Origin: Chrysomallon squamiferum
Lineage: Eukaryota > Animalia > Mollusca
Assembly: GCA_012295275.1 (NCBI GenBank)
Contig: CM022673.1
Span: 26,412,001-26,476,000 of the forward strand
Direction: 5' to 3'
Length of the DNA: 64,000 nt
A program made the translations under genes and the position numbers. Below, piece by piece: positions 55,801 to 64,000 of the stretch. The notes under the pieces are model-generated. The model was not told the origin of the DNA, did no database searches, and worked only from the letters and a program-made list of their open reading frames with translations. The first letter of the stretch is position 1, and the number at the start of each line of letters is the position of its first letter.

Positions 55801-56364
55801 CATTCATCAGACTGATCGTTGTGATATATGTGTGCTACACGCCTCGCTGATTGCTGAGAATATAAAATATAACCGATGTAGTGTAAAATAAATAAATAAT
55901 AATAATGATAAAACCTTTCTTAACCAGTCTGTTGTAGAATGGGAGCTGCAGACTTGATAACACGTTTCAGACGCTACCGAAAACACAGTGCATACATTTT
56001 TATATTTCTTTCTTACAGTAACTAATGTCTACTGTTTGACGTCTTGATGCTATTATTTTCTGAACCATACTTTTACATACATTCTTTATCTCTTCTCTTC
56101 AATTTTATTTTGCAAAAAAAAAGAAAAAAAAAAGGATCGGCTCCAAAAGGCTTAATAACCGTGCACTTTCCTTTCATATACGATTTACGCTCAAGTAATT
56201 TATGGACTCGAAAAAGGATAAACTGTTCTTACTTATATATAAATATATATATGAATGAAAAGAAATAGCAAACAAAAAAAAATAGAATTGGGTAATTACT
56301 ACAGAATTTCGATGAGAAATCTATTTACTGTTTTATTATTTATTTATTTATGTTTCTTATTTTT

Positions 56365-56426
<62 letters not shown>

Positions 56427-56930
56427 AATAATTGGAAATTTCTACTTAGGGTTGTTTATGTTTAGTGTTTGGTCTAAAGAAATTAATACGAAGATAAAAG
56501 CCAGCTAGAAAACTGGAGACCAATCTGTTTTATACAAAATATTACTAGCGTGATTTTAATATTGCTCTGTATTGATTATTCCTAAACTGACTTGAGAGGT
56601 ATGTGCGAGTTAAAAAAGAAAGAATTTTTTTTTTTTTTTTTTTTTTTGGCATTAAAGTACTTGAACGTATAAAAATAACTAAACGTAATTAATATATGTA
56701 TAAAATGCTCCACGATACAATACAATAGAATAAAGAAAATAATAGTAGTAATAATAATAATAGTAGTAGTAGTAGTAGTAGTAGTAATAATAGTAGTAGT
56801 AGTAGTAATAATAATAACAGTATCAAAAATAACAATAACAATAAAATAACAACATCAATAATAATAATAATAATAGTAATAATAACAGTAACAAAAATAA
56901 CAATAACAATAAAATAACAACAACAACATC

Positions 56931-56974
<44 letters not shown>

Positions 56975-57990
56975 TTGTAAAATAAATAAATCAATCAACA
57001 GGCATGTTTAGGTATTATTAATAAAGAGACCGGCGGGAATTTATAATGTCAGCATAAGCGGACTTGTTAATTATTTCTCGTATGCGAACACCCTTTTATC
57101 TCTTGCACGTTGACAGTCCTGTGTAACTTTGTCAGTTTTTTTTTCTTTTGGCGTGTAAGTCTCTTTAAACAGACGCAGGATGTGAAGGTCGATTTTAGAC
57201 CGCCAAAAAAAAAAAAAATAAAATAAAATAAAAAAATGCCGCAGTTATCTACCTTCACGACAGAAGATCCGCGGCTTTTTCCGCTTTATTTAGAAGCAAC
57301 TGTCTCATTACATGCTCGGCGGCCTTCAACAAAAGTGACAGCTAATGTCAGCCTATTCTCTAGCGACTCCCAGCCTATTAAACTGCACAAAGAAGAAAAA
57401 AGGGCCTCAGTAACTCATTTTTTGAGTAATTACAGTTTTGGCATGTATTTTGCAATACGTGGTTTGACATGTAAATAATCAAACCAGCAGCTGTGTCGAA
57501 TCTTTTATTCTCCATTTAAAAAAAAAAAATAAAAAAATATATGTATCTTTAATTTTTTTTTACTTTACGTTTTGCTTTATCAAAAGGTATGCTTTATTTG
57601 TTTTTTTTTTGCGTGTGTGTTTATTTTATTATATATATATATATATATATATTATCAGTCATTATTATTTTAAAATTATTATTATTATTATTGTCATCAT
57701 CATCATAATCATAAGTTATTTGTTTCTAAGTTATGTGCTGTCAAATCCTTAAATACTGTGAAATTTTTTTTAAAGATTTTATTTAATATAATTTTCTGTG
57801 TATTTAGACCAAAGTATTTCATGTTAATTCTGGGAGGAATTAAATGCTTCCATAACCACGTAATGTGGTGATAATTAAAAAAATAATAAATTAAATTAAT
57901 TTCTGTATCATAAAATATTATATTTATTAAATAATAACAACCATAAAATTATGAATATATGACTTACCCAGAAAGTCATTATTATAATTA

Positions 57991-58044
<54 letters not shown>

Positions 58045-58079
58045 TTTTTTATTATTTAATTATTATTATTCTTTTTAAA

Positions 58080-58115
<36 letters not shown>

Positions 58116-58736
58116 GCTTTCATAACTTTCTTTTTTAAATATGCATATATAGCTTCTTTTGTTCTATTTTAAGCGGCCCAGTTTTTGCGGTTAGGTCTAT
58201 GCAAAATTATTACGTCTTATGTTCAAAATAGACTTACGTCGGCAGTTTAAAACTTTTGAATTTCAAAGTTGTTCATGTTCGTTCAGTGTAAAGCATGAAA
58301 CAGGATGACAGATATAAACAATGCATAAACAACAACAACAACTGTGGGCGTTGTTTAATTAATAATAAATAAATAAATAAAACGAGAGGAAAGATATGCT
58401 TAAGAAGGCTATTTTTAGACTATTGTGGTAGACTGGTATTTTTAAGAAACCGGGTTTCGCTACTGAACCGATTTAAGTGTTAAGTGTAATAACTCTCCTG
58501 TTACAGTTCCTATTTATGTTTCCGCTGCATTAGTAACACTGCTATTGTTACGTACTAACTGAAATTTTACAAAACTCTTATAGACATTTCACAAGATAAA
58601 ACAAAACAAAAAAAGATGGAAAGCATTTCAAATTAATAAAATGTATATGCTTTATACATTCTCCTACAAGAACCGATTTATTTTTTATTGTTTAAAAAAT
58701 TTTCAATATAAAAAAATTATAACAATATATATATAT

Positions 58737-58788
<52 letters not shown>

Positions 58789-58913
58789 TATTAATTTATT
58801 TATATTATTATTACAGTTGTTGTTACTGTCGTAATTACTGATTTGCTGGAATGACGTTCTCTGTATGGATATAACGATTGTCTTTCTGTCATATTACTAC
58901 TTCTACTGTTGCT

Positions 58914-58949
<36 letters not shown>

Positions 58950-61086
58950 TTACTATTGCTATTGCTACTTCAACTATAAACACTATCAATGCTGGTTATC
59001 ACTACCATTATATACATTTACTTCTACTACTGCTACCATCAGCTACGACTACTACTACTATTACTGCAGCTACAAATACTGCTCTACAGTCACCTTTGCT
59101 GCTACTACTATTGCTATTATTACTATTACTGTTATCACCAAGATCTAATCACCATCATTGCTGCTATCCCTGCTACAACTACTACAGTATTTACTACTAC
59201 TGCTACTAATATACCTAAATCTACTACTAAACTGTTCTTACTATTACTACTAATATTAATTCAGCACTACTTCTAGTAATGCTACTACTTGTTCTACTAC
59301 TACTGCAACTACTATTACTACTACTACAACTACTACAACTATTACTACTGACACTACCATGCCTCAGTTTCTACTACAATTACTATAAACTGGTGGTAAA
59401 CTGCAGTAAAAATAAATCCTAATTTATCTCTATATACATCGCTATATCGAATCCAAACACCAGTTCATCTTGTTTGTTCAGTCTGACATCCTCTTGTGAA
59501 TAAAACATATTTTTGAAATAGAAAAAAATTCTTTTTTTTATTAATACTTCTATAACTGTCTGCATTCATTGGCCCAGCCTTGGGCTGAGCTGTTTTGAAA
59601 CGAACACTAAACCAGCTTAGGCAGGACTACGCAAAACATATTTTCTATTGAACAAAGAAAAACAAAAATAAATAGGTAATAAATATGACAGGAGGGGAAA
59701 AAAAAAGTCCTTCGTTTATATCACATTTCAGAAACAAAGAATAGTTCTCAAAATGTTTTAAACTAAGTTGAATTAATCAAACTGAATTTTCAAAGTTAAA
59801 TTTATTTGTGAAATACTCGAATCAGTTTTCGTGAAAAAAAAAAAAATAAAAAAAAAAAAAAAAAATAAAAATAAATAAATAAATAAATATTATATGAAAA
59901 AAATGTAAATAGATAAATAGGAAATGAATAAAATTCTGTTAACATTAATGATGATATAATTTTTGCTCTTTTTTATCATAACATTAAAATTCTAAAATAA
60001 ATAAAAAGATAAAAGTTTATATAAAATGTTATTTTAATTCAAAAGTCTATCAAACATAATCATAGTAATTTTAGCATGCACTTTTTAATACATTATAGTT
60101 TCAAATAAATACAAAAACTTGAATAAATTAAGTATAGATATATATAAAGTCATCAGAAAAATATAATTAAAAAAAATGAAATGATAATAACTGCATATAT
60201 ATATATATATATGACGTTAGACATACTTTCCAACTCTAACATGTGTTGTAGTTATGGGTTCTGAATAATAATAATAATAATAATAATAATTGTCAATAAA
60301 TCTGTATGATTGTATGATGCAAAGGTCATTCACAAAATCAATAATATTGACTTTATCTAAGACAAATGCTATCAGTGTTTATTGTCATTAACACCTTATT
60401 TTAAGAACATGATTTTTTTTTTAAAATTTTCTCTCCATCAGTTGATCCAAGGTCGTCATTATACATGAATATTATTTATATAATTCGTAATGAATATACT
60501 TCGTAAGGCTGAAATAAATGACAAAAGTGTCAATAAACAGTGTATACTTACGTTTCACGTGGTGCTGTTGCTTTATGCAAAGGTCGTTGTCCACGGGGAA
60601 CTTGTCACATCTGAGCATCTCCGGCCAGTCAAATCCGTAGGCCTTCATCCTTCCCAGACACGAGCACTTGACACTCTCGCAGAGAGAGCGACACGGGAAT
60701 ATTGGACGGTCGAGACACACCGGGGAGAACAAGGAGCAGAGGAAGAGTTTTGTGTCTGGGTGACAGAATATACCGAGGAGAGGCACCCAGGACTTGGCCT
60801 GCTGTGTCACCTCGGAGAGAGAGTCGTGGTCCAGCAGGTTCGGCAGACGCATTCTGTCGTATCCAATGTTTTGGCACAAGGTCAGGTTCTCCGGTATGTC
60901 TATGCATTTCGGCCTGGGTATCCGACTGACCATGGCCGCCCAATCCGGGTTCCAGTCTCGTGGGTAGTCGCCGTTCGTGTAATCGTCCCCGAAGTAGCTG
61001 TATTCATAGTCGGCGCCGTGGACGTAGCACCCGGCAAACTGGCCGGTGATAAACAGACTGGCAACGATAGGCAACCACATTTGCAT
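51736..61086 (-). CDS. sFRP1/2/5: Secreted frizzled-related protein, sFRP1/2/5 subfamily, 390 aa; exons 61086-60552, 53009-52932, 52295-51736
   Basis: Signal peptide MQMWLPIVASLFITGQFAG; Frizzled CRD (CIDIPENLTLCQNIGYDRMRLPNLLDHD...CHPDTKLFLCSLFSPVCLDRPIFPCRSLC...WPEMLRCDKFPVDNDLCI); 78-bp exon 2 PDNNCTACKHPVTYEAIIDNFCQADF; NTR domain with CQC, FLIMG and a final Cys. Both introns are GT-AG phase 1 and the CDS totals 1173 nt. The three-exon layout is typical of sFRP1/2/5, and there are no TM helices, so it is not a Frizzled receptor. Confidence 0.95.
52742..52817. repeat. (CT)n microsatellite in sFRP intron 2
   Basis: Perfect dinucleotide run. Confidence 0.95.
56368..56425. repeat. (CT)n microsatellite in sFRP intron 1
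   Basis: Perfect dinucleotide run. Confidence 0.95.
56738..56975. repeat. Compound (TAG/TAA/CAA)n tract
   Basis: Imperfect trinucleotide repeats. Confidence 0.9.
58890..59390. repeat. Imperfect (ACT/GCT)n trinucleotide tract
   Basis: Low-complexity tact/tgct runs; they explain the poly-T/Y/L ORFs. Confidence 0.9.
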
Positions 61087-61739
61087 CGTGTTGTCACGAA
61101 CCCAATTTCGATCTTGTACGAGACATAACCAAATATAAATTAATCCGGCAGATTTCGCAACCTGTCTTGAAGACGATCATAAAACAGCGACAGAGAGGTC
61201 TTAACTTGCGCTGCTGCCGACTCTCGTGAAAAACCGTTCCACGTCAAAGCGAAGACTCAAATTTGAATATTCAGTAACCAAAGAAACAATAGCTCTATAT
61301 GTTTTCCTGACATGTTCGTCAAACTACTTCAGAATTTTGCAGTCAGATCTAGGGTCGATTTGATAATTTTCTTTCAAAGTGGTAAATATTTCCGAGCGAA
61401 TATTCCCTTCAGTGAAACACATTACTGAACACAAAGCATGAAAAAATCCAGTAACAGCTGCAACATGGAAGGAATACTTTCTACAACACGCCGACTGTGA
61501 TGCAGACGGGGTAGTCTAGACGTGGTGTGTGACAACTTACGATAACAGTCTAATCTGCGGACGAAGACAGCCAGTGAAACATAAACTCTGTGTCACTACG
61601 CTTCAATACCAGCGTGTCAGCAGACGGCAAAATAAATCACAGCTAGCTACGAAACACAATATCTCAGCTCCACTTGATAATATCCTTTAAGCAATGGAAC
61701 CTTCCATAAAATAAATCTGAAAAACGACACCTTTGCTGC

Positions 61740-61935
61740 GGTCACGTTACAACTACTGCGACGTTATCTGAAAATGAAATACGTCCGATTATACCATATT
61801 TTAATTAGGCATGTGAACAAGCCAGCAGTCCAGACTGCACTGAAATTTAATCTGTCTATCTTTATCTTCCTAGCAGCAAATAACGTGTCATTTACCCAAC
61901 GTGATTGGTTCCGCGGGAGTTGATTGACAAGCAGC
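61740..61935 (-). promoter_or_regulatory. Probable sFRP promoter region
   Basis: CCAAT box on the minus strand (tgattggtt, ~61902), Pbx/Prep-like TGATTGACA (61921) and TAATTA (~61802), upstream of a CpG-richer putative 5' UTR. The TSS was not located. Confidence 0.3.
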
Positions 61936-62889
61936 CAAAGAAAAGGAATTTCCTACAATATGAAAGTGTACTTTTCAACAAAACTTCACCGTGCAGCTGG
62001 CTACTTAATATTTGGCTTCCAGTTCTGTTCGAGTTGGAAGCTTACCAGTAAAATATCAGAGTTTGATTTTCAACAACCGAATTCCCCAAAAATAGGTTCA
62101 GTCCCCAAAGGTTATTTTTACCTATATATTCTTCTTTAAATAATAAAAAAAAAATAATAATAATAAAATAAAATTTTTAAAAAATATTAAAATAAATTAA
62201 AATTAATTTTATTTAAAACATTTCTATCAATTGTTAAAAGCCGTAACGTTTTTAATTGTTTTGTTTAATCTCTGGGATACAAGCTGGGGTTGCAGAATGG
62301 CGGTACTAATGGTTGCAAAAATCTTATTCAAACGAAAACGATCTCATTCGAGCAAAATGAACTGGCTTCAAACTGCTTCCACCACTGCACTGCCAGTATG
62401 AATGAGAGAGTGAGACGCAGACCCACAGGTAAAGACGCGTGGGGGAGTGGGGTGGGAGGGCTGTATGCTGTCTGGGTTTAATGTGCTACTCAGTGCGAGT
62501 GGTGAACTGCTGGGCAGACAGTTCGAGGTTAATGCACTCGTCTGCGGAGACTAGTAATAAAGCGTAAGATGTACGCAGATAGACGTCAGTTTATCTCCTC
62601 TGGTTAGTTCCGAGTTCTGGAACTGGCAGCAGAGTGGTGTGTCAGTCACCTTAAAACACTTCGTTACACGTGAAGGTGGGGAGTCAGTTGAGTGAGAAGA
62701 AGTTTTTTTTCTTAATGAGGATCGTCTGTCTCAGATTTATTAATTAAGAATTGATTTGTTAATTCGATTTGTTTAATGGCTTTATAACATTTTAGAATTA
62801 ACAAAAGTACACCAGATTTATGTATGGTAAAAGGAAAATGAGTAAAGTTAAAGTAACAAAAAAACTGTGAGTAGTGGGAAAAGGCAAGC

Positions 62890-63275
62890 AAAGGTAACAG
62901 TAGTAGCAGTATTCAATAGTAATAAACATAATTAGCATCAGAGTATTAATAATCAGTAACAATAATAATATCAGTAGCAGCAGCAGGTGAAGTTAGTAAT
63001 ACTACAGCAGTAGTAGCTGTAGTAACAGCAACAGCAGAAATAACAGCAGCAGACGTAGTAATAGCCGCAGTATACGAAGTAGGAGTAATAACAGTATCAG
63101 AAGTAGAAAATTCGTAACACCAGCAGAAGTAGTAGTGACACATCAGAAGAAGTAGGCGTAGTAACAGGAGCAGAAATAATAACAGCAACAGCATTTGCAG
63201 TAGTAGTAGTAATATCTTCAGTTAGTAATAGTAGTAGTAGCAGTAGTAGTAGAAGTAGTAGTAGTAGTAGTAAAT
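62890..63275. repeat. Imperfect (AGT/AGC)n trinucleotide tract
   Basis: Low-complexity agt/agc/aac runs. Confidence 0.9.
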
Positions 63276-64000
63276 ATAATATTTCTCACTCTAATAATAA
63301 AATCAAAGTAATCTGATTTTCAAAAATGTATGTAAAAAATTTACCTGTCACTTTGTAAAACGTATGCAACGCGTTCTTAGTTTTATTACGTATCTCAGTA
63401 GCCCTCAGTTTCTTTGTTGTATGAGTCAGTCATTGTACGCTTTTGATGTGCTAGATGTTCTTACGTTTCGTGTACCTTTTTACTGAAGTCAGCTGTGAAT
63501 AACACTTTTCTCTTAATAACCAGGGGACGGATTTAAGAGTGCTTTTGGGTGGTGGGGGGAGGCCTGAAGCGGCGGATTCTACTTTCTTTCTTTTTTTTTT
63601 CTTTTTTTTAAAATCTGTCTTGTTACGTTACTAGATTGTATAATGGGTAGATTTATTTGAAAGAGTGCATAATGTTACCTGATATTACATTGGGTAGTTG
63701 CAACATTCAATTCTGTGCATATCACTGCATTATGTAGCATTTAGAGCATGCGGTAAACAATGATACTATTAAAAACAAGAATTTTTATGGCCTCTATGAG
63801 TCTTATATATGTATATATATATTTGTTATCAGCAGATTTATATATGTGAATAAAATAATATATAACTGTTTGCGCGTGCCTTTTGGGTCCATTTTCTTAA
63901 TATATATTTGAAACAGACAAATAGGCCATCCTGTGTATAATTATAAACTGAGTCGTGATGCTCTTGGATCGCATCGTGATATGTTCACATTAAGAAGTAA

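Noticed and set aside
58865-59276. Thr/Tyr/Leu-rich ORFs suggesting a mucin
   Set aside because: They come from an intronic (ACT)n microsatellite that is open in several frames by composition alone.
60490-61128. 212-aa plus-strand ORF and other ORFs overlapping sFRP exon 1
   Set aside because: These are antisense or alternate-frame shadows of a GC-rich coding exon, with no recognisable motifs.
63521-63580. caggggacggattta..., resembling a MITE terminal repeat (similar ggaccgccctg near 50223-50233)
   Set aside because: No matching partner TIR or target-site duplication was found.

Overview
Very AT-rich, intron-rich animal genomic DNA (invertebrate, probably lophotrochozoan/mollusc-like; taxon is inferred, not proven). 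Four protein-coding genes were reconstructed exon by exon from splice sites and reading phase: (1) the 3' part of a PH+RhoGAP gene of the ARHGAP9/12/15/27 family (+, 423-5358); (2) glutamine-dependent asparagine synthetase ASNS (+, 11295-16333), with a cluster of ATF4/C-EBP-type elements upstream, a GC-AG intron and a 1-bp frameshift; (3) TTC17 (+, 18954-46506, about 29 exons), with a scrambled exon 5, a +1 insertion in exon 6 and a Cys-rich insert built largely from frame-neutral exons; (4) sFRP1/2/5 (-, 61086-51736, 3 exons) with a long Lys/Arg-rich tail. The rest is introns, microsatellites, LINE remnants and minisatellites. The most unusual signal is that several minisatellites start at or across 5' splice sites; the clearest is a 13-copy amplification of a TTC17 exon/intron junction in which every copy has lost the GT donor. 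No prokaryotic features, tRNA/rRNA genes or CRISPR arrays were seen. The coding lesions may be long-read assembly errors.
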